DNA of 64,000 nucleotides from an uncultured Bacteroidales bacterium (GCA_949297125.1 CASFRS010000027.1:1812-65811), one strand, 5' to 3'. Shown: positions 17,688 through 27,892, counted from the stretch's first letter. The notes: generated from the sequence alone by a model not told the origin. Numbers and translations are program-made.

Positions 17688-18896
17688 TTATTTTTTAAAA
17701 AGAGTTTCAATAAAATCGTGTCCGGCAATGGTCCCGTATCCGCCGTTCCGTGCGCTCGATTCGTCATAGACGGTAACGTTGTCGGGTTCCTCCCCGGGTT
17801 TCCATATCACGAACGGTACGGCATCGCTCGAGTGTGTACGGATACGGCACGGCGTGGGGTGGTCGGGAAGCAGGGCGACAGTTACATCGTCGGGAATGGA
17901 CGGCAGGGCCTCCACAAGAGGTTTCAGTATGCGGTGGTCGAGGAACTCTATAGTCTTTTTCTTCAGCATGAAATCGCCCTCATGTCCTGCCTCGTCGCTC
18001 GCTTCCACGTGCAGGAATACGAAGTCGCACTCTTTCAGGGCATTTATTGCAGCTTCTGCTTTCCCTTCGTAGTTGGTGTCGAAAAGGCCTGTCGCCCCTT
18101 CCACTTCAATCGGTTTCAGACCAGCATATACCCCTATTCCCTTGATAAGGTCTACGGCGGAAATAACCGCACCGCTCCTTATGCCGTAGAGTTCGGAAAA
18201 GGTCTTCATCTTCGGTCTGTAACCGGGCGACCACGGCCAGATACTGTTTGCCGGGTCTTTTCCCTGGCTTATCCTTTTCAGGTTTACCGGGTGTCCGGGA
18301 AGCAGCTGTTGCGAAGCCAGAATCAGTTCGTTTATTCTCTCCGCCGTCCTGACTGCTTCTTCTGCGGCCGGCTTTACCAGCAGCGGCCCGAAGGGCTGGC
18401 CGGGAACATCGTGCGGCGGCGTGCAGACCAGACGCTTGTCGCCCCCTTTAAGTTTCAGCAGGTGTCTGTACGATATCCCTGCAAAAAAGTTGGCATCTAC
18501 GCCGCCGATCTCCTTTTGCAGGAAGCCTATGAGTTCTGCGGCCTCCTCGTCCGATATGTGTCCGGCCGAGTGGTTCTTTATCTTGCCGTCCTCTATACAT
18601 ATAAGGTTGCATCGCATGGCTATCTCCCCGTCTTCGATAGGGACGCCCATGCTCGCAGCTTCCAGCGAACCCCGTCCTTCGAACACTTCGTTCAGGTCGT
18701 AGCCGAGAATGGACAGGTTGGCCACCTCGCTGCCCGGCTTGAAACCTTCCGGAACGCTTTTGAGCATCCCGCTTTTCCCTTTTGCGGCAATCATGTCCAT
18801 AACAGGCTTGTCGGCAGCCTGCAGCGGCGTTTTGCCTCCGAGTTCCTTTATCGGTTCGTCGGCCATGCCGTCTCCCAATACTATAATATATTTCAT
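17688..18896 (-). CDS. apgM: Cofactor-independent phosphoglycerate mutase family (ApgM; proposed homoserine kinase substitute)
   Basis: LGDGMAD, PGSEVANL, HVEASDEAGH, PDHPTP metalloenzyme motifs; occupies the thrB position between thrA and thrC. Confidence 0.88.
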   Translation of the reverse strand: MKYIIVLGDGMADEPIKELGGKTPLQAADKPVMDMIAAKGKSGMLKSVPEGFKPGSEVANLSILGYDLNEVFEGRGSLEAASMGVPIEDGEIAMRCNLICIEDGKIKNHSAGHISDEEAAELIGFLQKEIGGVDANFFAGISYRHLLKLKGGDKRLVCTPPHDVPGQPFGPLLVKPAAEEAVRTAERINELILASQQLLPGHPVNLKRISQGKDPANSIWPWSPGYRPKMKTFSELYGIRSGAVISAVDLIKGIGVYAGLKPIEVEGATGLFDTNYEGKAEAAINALKECDFVFLHVEASDEAGHEGDFMLKKKTIEFLDHRILKPLVEALPSIPDDVTVALLPDHPTPCRIRTHSSDAVPFVIWKPGEEPDNVTVYDESSARNGGYGTIAGHDFIETLFKK

Positions 18897-18990
18897 CGCC
18901 AAATCAAAAAAAACATATCAAACAATTGCCCCGGAAATGCAGGGCCTAACCATAATCCTCAAAAAAACAGCGCCCCTACAGTACTTGCCG

Positions 18991-21426
18991 TCAGCGGATG
19001 TTGGCAATACTGATGATGTCGGCAAATACTCCCGCTGCCGTAACCGAAGCTCCGGCCCCGTATCCTTTTATAACCATCGGGTATTCCTTGTAGCGTTCGG
19101 TGGTTATCAGTATTACGTTGTTGCTCCCCTCCAGCTGGTAGAACGGGTGCGTGGCATCTACGGCCTGCAACCCCACGCTCATCTTCCCGTTGTCCAGTGA
19201 GGCTATGAAGCGGAGACGTTTGCCCTGTGCCGCAACTTCCCTGCGTCTGGCCTCGAACTCTTCGTCCAGACCCGGAATCTTTTCCCAGAACTCGTCGAGC
19301 GAGCCGGCAAAAAGTTCGTCCGGGATGAACAGGTGTTTCTCTACGTCCGACTGCTCGGCGACATACCCCGATTCCCGGGCCAGGATAACCAGTTTGCGGA
19401 TTACGTCCTGGCCGTTCAGGTCGAGGCGCGGGTCGGGTTCGCTGTAACCCGCCTCCTTTGCCATGCGTATCGCCTTGCTCAGAGGGATTTCTTCGCTCAG
19501 CGTGCTGAATATGTAGTTCAGCGTGCCCGATACCACCGCTTCGATGCGCAGTATCTTGTCCCCGCTGTTTATCAGCCCGTTTATAGTGCTTATTATCGGA
19601 AGCCCTGCTCCCACGTTGGTTTCAAAAAGATACTTGACATCCCTTTTGCGGGCCGTCAGCTTTAGGGCGGCATAGTTCTCGTACGATGACGATGCGGCTA
19701 TCTTGTTGGCTGCCACAACCGAAACGTTATGTTCGAGCAGTTCCTTGTAGATGCTTGCAATCTCGGCGCTTGCCGTGCAGTCGACAAAAACCGAGTTGAA
19801 GATATTCATCTTTATCACTTCGTCGCGGATGGTGTCGGCCGATGCCGCAAGAGGGGAGTTTTCAAGCAGTTCGTTGTAGTTGTCGAGCGATATGCCGTCT
19901 CTGCTGAATACGCACTTGCGCGAGTTGGCCAGCCCTACTATGTTCAGTTTGAGCGATTTGTCCCTCAGGAGGTTGGGCTGTTGCTGCCTGATTTGCATAA
20001 GCAGGTCTTTCCCTACCGTACCTATGCCCGTTATGAACAGGTTAAGTTCCTGTGCGTCCGACAGGAAGAACGAGTCGTGAATGACGTTCAGTGCCTTGCG
20101 CAGGCTTCCCAGCTCTATTACGAACGATATGTTGGTCTCCGAGGCCCCCTGGGCGCAGGCTATTACGCTTATGCCGTTGCGTCCCAGAATGTTGAACAGC
20201 TTTCCGGCGATACCGGGCGTGTGTTTCATGTTCTCGCCCACTATGGCGACGGTGGCAAGGTTGTGTTCGGCCTGGGCTTCGCAGATTTCGCCCATGGCTA
20301 TTTCGCGTTCAAACTCCTTGTTCAGCACCGATACGGCAAGTTCGGCATCGGCATTCCTTACTGCAAACGATATGTTGTTTTCCGATGCCGCCTGCGAAAC
20401 GAGGAATACGCTGACTCCCGATTTTGCCAAAGCGTTGAATATGCGCGAGTTTATCCCTATTACGCCAACCATGCCCAGTCCCGAAACCGTAATGAGGCAT
20501 GTGTCGTTTATCGATGAGATGCCCTTTATGGCCTTGGCCTCCCCGTCGGGTACTTTTTCCGTTATCAGCGTACCGGGAGCTTCGGGCTTGAACGTGTTCT
20601 TTATGACGATAGGGATGTTTTTGTGGTATACGGGGTATATGGTGGGCGGGTAAATCACCTTTGCGCCGAAGTTGCACAATTCCATCGCCTCTACAAACGA
20701 CAGCCGTTTGATAACGTACGAGGTCTTTATCGTGCGCGGGTCGGCCGTCATGAAGCCGTCCACGTCCGTCCAGATTTCAAGAAGCGAGGCGTTCAGTACC
20801 GATGCAAGTATAGAGGCCGTGTAGTCCGACCCTCCGCGCCCGAGGTTGGTTACGTCGCCGTTCTTCTTGTCCGACGAGATGAACCCCGGCACTACCGACA
20901 CCTTGGGGAGTTCGGTAAACGTGGAACGGACAAGCTCGCCTGTAGTCTCGAAGTCGACAATGTTCTTCCCAAACTGGTTTACGGTTTTTATAAAACGCCG
21001 CGAATCGAAAAGGACGGCATCCTTTATGATATTGCTTATTATGAACGATGAAAGCCGTTCGCCGTAGCTTACTATAGTATCGAGGGTTTTCTGCGAGAGA
21101 TCCTTGATAAGCGATACCCCGCGCATTATGTTGCCCAGTTCCTCCAGCAGGGCGTCGGTGTTTTCCAGTACCGAGCCGCGTATTTCCGGGGCGACGGCCC
21201 TGTCGATGACATCATGGTGCCGCGAAGCGATATACTCCATTATCTCCGTGTACGCACGTTCGCCTTTTGCGGCGGTTTTTGCACATTCAATAAGCTTGTC
21301 GGTAATGCCGCCGAGTGCCGATACGACAACTATGCACTCCTCATCGCGGCTTTCAACTATGTTTTTTACGCTTTTAATACTCTCGGCAGAGCCGACCGAA
21401 GTCCCTCCGAATTTAAGTACTTTCAT
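18991..21426 (-). CDS. thrA: Bifunctional aspartokinase / homoserine dehydrogenase I
   Basis: KFGGTSVG, LGRGGSDY, WTDVDG, two ACT domains, GIGTVG, ETNVGAGLP, GYGAGASVTA. Confidence 0.97.
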   Translation of the reverse strand: MKVLKFGGTSVGSAESIKSVKNIVESRDEECIVVVSALGGITDKLIECAKTAAKGERAYTEIMEYIASRHHDVIDRAVAPEIRGSVLENTDALLEELGNIMRGVSLIKDLSQKTLDTIVSYGERLSSFIISNIIKDAVLFDSRRFIKTVNQFGKNIVDFETTGELVRSTFTELPKVSVVPGFISSDKKNGDVTNLGRGGSDYTASILASVLNASLLEIWTDVDGFMTADPRTIKTSYVIKRLSFVEAMELCNFGAKVIYPPTIYPVYHKNIPIVIKNTFKPEAPGTLITEKVPDGEAKAIKGISSINDTCLITVSGLGMVGVIGINSRIFNALAKSGVSVFLVSQAASENNISFAVRNADAELAVSVLNKEFEREIAMGEICEAQAEHNLATVAIVGENMKHTPGIAGKLFNILGRNGISVIACAQGASETNISFVIELGSLRKALNVIHDSFFLSDAQELNLFITGIGTVGKDLLMQIRQQQPNLLRDKSLKLNIVGLANSRKCVFSRDGISLDNYNELLENSPLAASADTIRDEVIKMNIFNSVFVDCTASAEIASIYKELLEHNVSVVAANKIAASSSYENYAALKLTARKRDVKYLFETNVGAGLPIISTINGLINSGDKILRIEAVVSGTLNYIFSTLSEEIPLSKAIRMAKEAGYSEPDPRLDLNGQDVIRKLVILARESGYVAEQSDVEKHLFIPDELFAGSLDEFWEKIPGLDEEFEARRREVAAQGKRLRFIASLDNGKMSVGLQAVDATHPFYQLEGSNNVILITTERYKEYPMVIKGYGAGASVTAAGVFADIISIANIR

Positions 21427-21633
21427 AAAATTTCCCGGTTTAGTTATGGGGGGAAGCGGAAGAGTCGCTGAATTCCGGATAATACTCTGCTTTTCCCCGT
21501 GTATGTTCTAAAAATGCCTGCAAATCCCGGCCTCCCCGGCAGTACAGCGGAAACCGCTTTGCAGATTCTTGAAAATATCGCCGTCTTCATCGGGAACAGG
21601 CCTGTTTCCCGTATAAGGCGGAAGACGGAAATG

Positions 21634-21663
21634 AAAAAACACGCAACCCCCTAAGGGGTGGCG
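21634..21663 (-). terminator. Attenuator terminator of thr operon leader
   Basis: Minus strand CGCCACCCC-TTAG-GGGGTTGCG-TGTTTTTT, about 210 nt upstream of the thrA ATG. Confidence 0.75.
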
Positions 21664-21710
21664 GTCTGCACGGCAGTCAAAAAGAGCGTATTAAAAAACG
21701 AGGCTCCCAT
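21651..21710 (-). CDS. Putative thr operon leader peptide MGASFFNTLFLTAVQTATP (19 aa)
   Basis: ATG..TAG read manually; four Thr codons (ACG, ACT, ACC, ACC); stop codon lies in the terminator loop. Confidence 0.7.
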   Translation of the reverse strand: MGASFFNTLFLTAVQTATP

Positions 21711-21734
21711 AGTTATCCGAATAAATTACTCTTA

Positions 21735-21928
21735 TGCAGCTTGTTTCTGCAGTTCTACGGCAAAGATAATGCAAACGGGGGCAGAGACAAACCGTAAGGT
21801 TCGGCTATGCCGAGTGCAGCTTATTTTCGCCGTTCTACGGCAAAGATAATACAAACGGGGGCAGAAACAAACCGTAAGGTTAGGCTATGCCGAGTGCAGC
21901 TTATTTTCGCCGTTCTACGGCAAAGATA
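21735..21928 (-). repeat. 80-bp tandem repeat (about 2.4 copies), each full copy carrying a TTTG-N19-TATCTTTG promoter
   Basis: GTTCTACGGCAAAGATA at 21752, 21832 and 21912; units 21752-21831 and 21832-21911 differ at 3 of 80 positions. Confidence 0.95.
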
Positions 21929-22233
21929 GTAAAAAAATGCAACACCTGCTTATATGGCGCATTATATTTTCATCCTCTCTTGTCGCTTCCGTTTTCGCCG
22001 CAACCCGCCTGGCAGGGTTCGTGCCGCAATGGAAGCCTTTTCGTGCCCCCCGCTCTCCCTTCGTCGCCGTAAAACACGGTACCGGCGGGAGGTGTGGCGG
22101 CAAGGCTGCGCCGGTATGAAAAAACAATCCGGGACGTTCGCCTGTTATTGTCGCGTACGGGTTGTTCCCTGTCCGGAATATTTGTCCATATTATAAAAAA
22201 TAAGAAAAAAACGCCTTGTATTTGAAAAAAGTG

Positions 22234-22241
22234 TATCTTTG
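22234..22241 (+). promoter_or_regulatory. sigmaA -7 element TATCTTTG, about 310 nt upstream of winged-helix gene
   Basis: Consensus TAnnTTTG after an AT-rich tract. Confidence 0.65.
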
Positions 22242-22551
22242 CATCGGTTTTTCGAAAGGGAACTTGTTCTGATTGGTGAGATTGGGCCGGAAAGGCTCAT
22301 GACTGTGCTGGAGAAAAAGTCGAATAAATCTATATGCACAACAGAATAGACGAATACGATTCTACCATTGCGGTAGGCGTTTCCTGTTTGTGCATTAGGG
22401 GTCGACTCCCTCTCCGGCGAACGGGCAAAGGCCTGCCGCTTTTTTTGCGGCAAATGCGGAAGAAGGCCCTGCATGTAACGGAACTCCTGCCGGTGTCAGG
22501 CGGGGCGGAATTTGAAAAGGCTATAACAAACATATTTAAATAATTCTGATT

Positions 22552-22767
22552 ATGGATTTACAGAGTATTGGCGAAAGCGCCGGTGTAGTATGGAACCTGT
22601 TGGCTGCCGACAATAAGAAGATGGATTATCAGGAACTCAAAGAGGCTGCCGGTCTCAATGACAAAGATCTTTCGGCTGCAATAGGATGGCTTGCCCGCGA
22701 AGGCAAACTTCAGATATCCAACGAAAAGGTTGGCCGCAAGCAGGTAATGTATATCGAACTGGCCTGA
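22552..22767 (+). CDS. Small winged helix-turn-helix protein (DUF2582-like)
   Basis: IGESAGVVWNLL...AAIGWLAREGKL pattern typical of this Bacteroidales family. Confidence 0.85.
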   Translation: MDLQSIGESAGVVWNLLAADNKKMDYQELKEAAGLNDKDLSAAIGWLAREGKLQISNEKVGRKQVMYIELA

Positions 22768-22838
22768 TATCCGGAGCGGATATAAGATGTTGATAGCGTC
22801 CGCACCTGCAAGCGGCAGGTTTCGGACAAAATGTTACA

Positions 22839-22878
22839 GCAAGGGGATGCACGGTTTTTATCTGTACATCCCCTTGCT
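22839..22878. terminator. Inverted repeat between convergent genes
   Basis: AGCAAGGGGATG ... CATCCCCTTGCT. Confidence 0.6.
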
Positions 22879-22894
22879 GTATTAATGCGCTATC

Positions 22895-23839
22895 TTACTC
22901 GCCGCCGTGCCTGCCGGCAATGTTTGCGGCTATATGGGCGAACCACCCCTTTACCGCCTTTGAGGCCGTATCGCCCAGAATAATCAGGGTTACAGCCCCG
23001 ATTACAAGTATTACCCCCGCTGTGATTTTCGGAGTTATGGTTTCGTTGAACAGCATAACACCTATAACGAGGGCGGTAACGGGTTCGAGCGCACCGAGAA
23101 CGGCCGTAACCGTAGAACCTATGCGGTGAACGGCGGCCGTCATGCAGACGAGCGATACTATGGTCGGAAAAAACGCCATGGCGAAAAGCCTCAGTCCCGC
23201 ACCTGCGGAAGGAACAGGCTGGAGCGAAGCCAGGAAGTCGAGGCGGACGGCGTAGATTATAATCCCGAACAGCAGGGCGAACAGTGTCAGTTTGGCCGTA
23301 TGCAGCCTTTTCAGGGACGACTTGTTCACCCCCACTATATAAATGGCGTAGGAGAGCGATGAGAAAAGTACCAGTACAACGCCTGTCGTCGACACCGTGC
23401 CGCTCCCGTCGCCTTCGTAAAGCAGCAGGATTCCCGACAGGGCCAGTAAAATGCAGAGGATTCCGGTGAACGAAAGGCGTTCGTGGAAAAACAGGAACAT
23501 TATCAACGCCACCAGTATCGGGTAAACGAACAGTATGGTACAGGCAAGCCCGGCATCCATATACAGGAAGCTGAGGTAGAGAAAGAGCGAGGAGGCCGAG
23601 AACAGAAGCCCCATTACGGCTGTCGGGACGATATCCTTTCGGGGCAGGGAGAGGGGCTGCCGTTGCAGTTTCAGCAATACTGCCAGCAGGACAATGGCGA
23701 ATCCGTACCGGTAGAAAAGCACCGAATCGGGATTCATCCCCTCCTCGTACAGGGGCAGGGCAAAAAGCGGGTTCAATCCGTAGAATACGGCAGAAATAAT
23801 TCCGAGGACAATCCCCTCGGTCGTGCGCGACAGTTTCAT
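22895..23839 (-). CDS. DMT/EamA family transporter
   Basis: About 10 hydrophobic helices in two EamA halves; ILFVYP and LGALEPVTA motifs; ATG 23839 (MKLSRTT) chosen. Confidence 0.9.
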   Translation of the reverse strand: MKLSRTTEGIVLGIISAVFYGLNPLFALPLYEEGMNPDSVLFYRYGFAIVLLAVLLKLQRQPLSLPRKDIVPTAVMGLLFSASSLFLYLSFLYMDAGLACTILFVYPILVALIMFLFFHERLSFTGILCILLALSGILLLYEGDGSGTVSTTGVVLVLFSSLSYAIYIVGVNKSSLKRLHTAKLTLFALLFGIIIYAVRLDFLASLQPVPSAGAGLRLFAMAFFPTIVSLVCMTAAVHRIGSTVTAVLGALEPVTALVIGVMLFNETITPKITAGVILVIGAVTLIILGDTASKAVKGWFAHIAANIAGRHGGE

Positions 23840-23985
23840 AAAACGGCAGTTCTGGTAAAACGGTTGCAATCTTGGGCAAAACCATTCTGGCCTTGCCGTA
23901 TAACGCCAATGAAGTACTTGACGGATAAATCGGGCGCAAATATAATCCGTATGAAGTATATTTACGCGTTGAAAAAATCTAAAAA

Positions 23986-24618
23986 ATGCGAGTGGACAAA
24001 GCCCTGGAAGAATATGTCGAGACAGAAATAATACCGGCGTACCGGACATTCGACCCGGCACACGGCGAAGAGCATGTACGGCAGGTCGTAGCCGGAAGCC
24101 TGCGCCTTGCAGAGAGTTACGATGTGGACTGCAATATGGTATATGCAGCAGCTGCGTATCACGATTCCGGCCTGGCGGCCGGGAGAGAAAAGCACCATAT
24201 CGAATCGGGTCGGAAGATACGCGGGGACAGGAAACTGCTGCGGTGGTTCACCCCGGAACAGATTGAGACGATAGCGCAGGCTGCCGAGGACCACCGCGCC
24301 TCATCCGCCGCCGAACCGCGCACCATATACGGAAAGATAATTGCCGAAGCCGACCGAGACATTGAACCGGAGAAGATTCTGCGGCGTACCGTGCAGTACG
24401 GGCTGTCGGCTTACCCCGCTCTCTGCCGGGAAGGACACTACGGCCGTTACAAAAAACATCTGCTTGAAAAATATGCCGAAGGAGGCTATTTGAAACTTTG
24501 GGTCCCGGAGTCGGACAATGCAGCCAAACTCGAAGCGTTGCGCAGCATAATTGCCGACGAAACGGAACTGCGCAGGCAGTTCGACCGGATATTCACGGAT
24601 GAGACCTCCCGGCCCTGA
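23986..24618 (+). CDS. HD-domain metal-dependent phosphohydrolase
   Basis: DPAHG..H, AAAYHD, EDHRAS, IAEADR. Confidence 0.88.
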   Translation: MRVDKALEEYVETEIIPAYRTFDPAHGEEHVRQVVAGSLRLAESYDVDCNMVYAAAAYHDSGLAAGREKHHIESGRKIRGDRKLLRWFTPEQIETIAQAAEDHRASSAAEPRTIYGKIIAEADRDIEPEKILRRTVQYGLSAYPALCREGHYGRYKKHLLEKYAEGGYLKLWVPESDNAAKLEALRSIIADETELRRQFDRIFTDETSRP

Positions 24619-24730
24619 ATGCTGCCGTTCTGCAAGTGAAGCGGTAAAAAAACCGCGCGAAAGATGCCTCCGCGCGGTTATCTGTAAGGAGCGTGAGGGC
24701 AAGGGGGCATTCTCCGCCCTTGCCCGTCGC

Positions 24731-25393
24731 TTATTCCTGCATGCGTCTTTTAGCCTTCATCCTTTCCCGTATCACCTCCACCACGGCAGGGAGCAGCGAA
24801 ATGACTATTATGGCGAGCAGCAGCAGCTTCAGGTGCTTCTGAACAAATGGCAGGTCGCCGAACAAATAGCCTGCAAAGCAGAAAATCCCCACCCAGAGGG
24901 CTGCCCCCACAACATTGTAGAGCATAAAGTAGTAGTAGTGCATCCTCCCCATGCCGGCCACGAACGGGGCGAAAGTGCGGACAATGGGGACGAAGCGTGC
25001 AAGGATTATGGTTTTGCCGCCGTATTTCCTGAAGAATTCGTGCGTTTTGTCGAGGTAGCTTTGCTTGAATATCTTGGAGTCGGGGTTGCGGAACAGCTTC
25101 TTTCCGAAAAAATGCCCTATCATGTAGTTGCAGGAATCGCCCAGGACGGCTGCGGCAAAAATAATCAGCGACAGATACCATATGTCCAGCGGTATTTCGG
25201 GCAGGGCGGAGATTGCGCCTGCAACAAAAAGGAGCGAGTCGCCCGGGAGGAACGGGGTTACGACAAGCCCGGTCTCGCAAAATATTATAACGAACAATAT
25301 CGCGTACGTCCACAAGTGATAGTTCTGCACCAGTTCAATCATGTGCCTGTCTATGTGCAGGACAAAGTCGACGGCGTACTGAAAAATTTCCAT
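24731..25393 (-). CDS. dedA: DedA family membrane protein
   Basis: [37 protein letters not shown]. Confidence 0.93.
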   Translation of the reverse strand: MEIFQYAVDFVLHIDRHMIELVQNYHLWTYAILFVIIFCETGLVVTPFLPGDSLLFVAGAISALPEIPLDIWYLSLIIFAAAVLGDSCNYMIGHFFGKKLFRNPDSKIFKQSYLDKTHEFFRKYGGKTIILARFVPIVRTFAPFVAGMGRMHYYYFMLYNVVGAALWVGIFCFAGYLFGDLPFVQKHLKLLLLAIIVISLLPAVVEVIRERMKAKRRMQE

Positions 25394-25668
25394 AAGTGTG
25401 TCGGTATGTAATAAAGATGTAGCTGTAAAGAATAATAACGGTGTTTTTCTGTAACTGTGCTATTTAGTCCGAAAACAATGCAAAAATAGCATAAACCATG
25501 ACAGATGCAAAAAGCGCAGTACAAATTCTTCAGGCAACACCCCGTTTTACGTCCGCCGCATGCCGGGTGCTGTCCGTCGTCTCCCCCGGCATGTGCCGTG
25601 CTGCCCGTTTTTTGCATGCACAAGGCAGCAATTTTGGCGCAGAGTGCGGTTGTTTTCATTAAAATTAG

Positions 25669-25676
25669 TATCTTTG
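25669..25676 (+). promoter_or_regulatory. sigmaA -7 element for pnp
   Basis: TATCTTTG 30 nt before the pnp ATG. Confidence 0.65.
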
Positions 25677-25705
25677 CCTGATTTTTAGACGAAAGAGATA
25701 AGTAT

Positions 25706-27892
25706 ATGATTAATCCGATTAAGAAGACAATCGATTTGGGTGATGGACGGACCATTACCATTGAGACAGGCAAACTGGCCAAACAAGCCGACGGAGCGGT
25801 GGAAGTACGTATGGGAAACACCATGCTGCTGGCTACCGTAGTTGCTGCCAAGGAAGCAGGCGAAGGTGTCGATTTCATGCCTTTGCAAGTAGAATATAAA
25901 GAGAAGTACGCTTCGTTCGGGAGGTTTCCCGGCGGCTTTACAAAACGCGAGGGAAGGGCTTCCGATTCCGAAATCCTGACGGCGCGTCTTGTGGACAGGG
26001 CCTTGCGTCCCCTTTTTCCCGACAACTTCCATGCAGAGACATATGTAAACATAATAATGTTTTCGGCCGACGGAAAGGATATGCCCGACGCCCTTGCCGG
26101 GCTGGCCGCTTCCGCCGCGCTTGCCGTGTCGGACATACCGTTCAACGGGCCTATTTCCGAAGTTCGCGTAGCCCGTATAGACGGAGAGTTCAAGATAAAC
26201 CCCACATTCCAGGAACTGGAGCGTGCCGACATGGACCTTATGGTCGGCGCGACTATTGAAAACATAATGATGGTAGAGGGAGAGATGGACGAGGTTTCCG
26301 AACAGGACCTCCTGGCCGCCCTGAAGACCGCACACGAAGCCATAAAGGTGCAGTGCCGCGCGCAGCTTGAACTTGCCGAAGAGGTAGGCTCTACTGTAAA
26401 GCGCGAATATTGCCACGAACAGAACGACGAGGAACTTCGCAAGGACGTGCATGAAAAGTGCTATGACAAGGCCTATGCGATAGCCGCGTCGGGCAACGCC
26501 AACAAACATGCCCGCAGCGAAGCTTTCGATGCCATACTTGAAGAATACCTCGCTGCCATGCCCGAAGAGGAGAGGGCCGAAAAGGAGGGTATGGTAAAAC
26601 GCTATTACCACGATGTGGAAAAAGAGGCCATGCGCCGTTGCATCCTCGATGAAGGGAAACGTCTCGACGGCCGCAGCACCACACAGATACGCCCCATTTG
26701 GTGCGAGGTAGACTACCTCCCGGGTCCCCACGGTTCGGCGGTATTCACCCGCGGGGAGACACAGTCGCTTACAACCGTAACGCTCGGTACGAAACTCGAT
26801 GAAAAGATAGTGGACGACGTTCTTGACCAGTCGCACCTGCGTTTCCTGCTGCACTACAACTTCCCGCCGTTCTCCACGGGCGAGGCGAAGGCTTCGCGCG
26901 GAGTGGGACGCCGCGAAATAGGGCACGGGAATCTGGCCTGCCGCGCATTGAAGCGCATGATACCCGAGAACTATCCGTACGTTGTGCGCGTAGTCTCCGA
27001 CATACTTGAATCGAACGGCTCGTCCTCCATGGCTACCGTATGTGCCGGGACCCTTGCCCTTATGGATGCCGGCGTGAAGATAAAGAAACCCGTATCGGGC
27101 ATAGCCATGGGGCTCATAACCGACAACAAGAAGTACGCCGTACTCTCCGACATCCTCGGCGATGAAGACCACCTCGGCGACATGGACTTCAAGGTAACCG
27201 GTACAAAGGACGGAATTACCGCAACCCAGATGGACATAAAGGTTGACGGCCTGCCCTACGAAATACTCGAGAAGGCCCTTATGCAGGCGCACGAAGGGCG
27301 CATGCACATACTCGGGAAGATACTCGATACCATACCCGAGCCGCGTGCCGACCTCAAGCCCCATGCCCCGCGCATAGAGACCATGCTTATCCCCAAGGAT
27401 ATGATAGGCGCGGTTATAGGCCCGGGCGGAAAGATAATACAGGGAATACAGGAAGATACCGGGGCTATTGTAACGATAGACGAAGTGGAAGAAGGCGGGC
27501 ACATAGAGATAGCGGCTCCCTGCCGTTCGTCGATAGACGCGGCGATAGCCCGCATAAAGAGCATCGTTGCAATACCCGAAGAAGGCGAAGTCTACACGGG
27601 AAAAGTAAAATCCATTCTCGCATTCGGCGCCTTTGTGGAGTTTATGCCCGGCAAGGACGGTCTGTTGCATATCTCCGAAATATCCTGGAAACGTCTTGAA
27701 ACAATAGAGGAGTCGGGTCTCAAGGAAGGCGACGAGGTAACGGTAAAACTCCTTGAAATAGACAAGAAGACCGGCAAGTACCGGTTGTCCATGAAAGCCC
27801 TCCAGCCCAAGCCGGAATGGGCCGACGACAACCGCGAACGTCCCCGCCGTGCACCGCACTCCAATAACAACCGCAACAGGGACAAAGAGTAA
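25706..27892 (+). CDS. pnp: Polyribonucleotide nucleotidyltransferase
   Basis: [46 protein letters not shown] and S1 domains. Confidence 0.98.
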   Translation: MINPIKKTIDLGDGRTITIETGKLAKQADGAVEVRMGNTMLLATVVAAKEAGEGVDFMPLQVEYKEKYASFGRFPGGFTKREGRASDSEILTARLVDRALRPLFPDNFHAETYVNIIMFSADGKDMPDALAGLAASAALAVSDIPFNGPISEVRVARIDGEFKINPTFQELERADMDLMVGATIENIMMVEGEMDEVSEQDLLAALKTAHEAIKVQCRAQLELAEEVGSTVKREYCHEQNDEELRKDVHEKCYDKAYAIAASGNANKHARSEAFDAILEEYLAAMPEEERAEKEGMVKRYYHDVEKEAMRRCILDEGKRLDGRSTTQIRPIWCEVDYLPGPHGSAVFTRGETQSLTTVTLGTKLDEKIVDDVLDQSHLRFLLHYNFPPFSTGEAKASRGVGRREIGHGNLACRALKRMIPENYPYVVRVVSDILESNGSSSMATVCAGTLALMDAGVKIKKPVSGIAMGLITDNKKYAVLSDILGDEDHLGDMDFKVTGTKDGITATQMDIKVDGLPYEILEKALMQAHEGRMHILGKILDTIPEPRADLKPHAPRIETMLIPKDMIGAVIGPGGKIIQGIQEDTGAIVTIDEVEEGGHIEIAAPCRSSIDAAIARIKSIVAIPEEGEVYTGKVKSILAFGAFVEFMPGKDGLLHISEISWKRLETIEESGLKEGDEVTVKLLEIDKKTGKYRLSMKALQPKPEWADDNRERPRRAPHSNNNRNRDKE

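Noticed and set aside
21640-21735. Lysine riboswitch upstream of aspartokinase (TGGGAGC...GACTGCC resemblance)
   Set aside because: It is too short and lacks the 5' AGAGGnGC and P2/P3 elements; a Thr-codon uORF plus terminator explains it better.
21752-21928. 80-bp periodic repeat as a CRISPR array
   Set aside because: The intervening sequences are near-identical rather than unique spacers, and no cas genes are in the window.
25685-27859. 724-aa antisense ORF opposite pnp
   Set aside because: Shadow ORF from codon bias of a conserved gene; no recognisable motifs.
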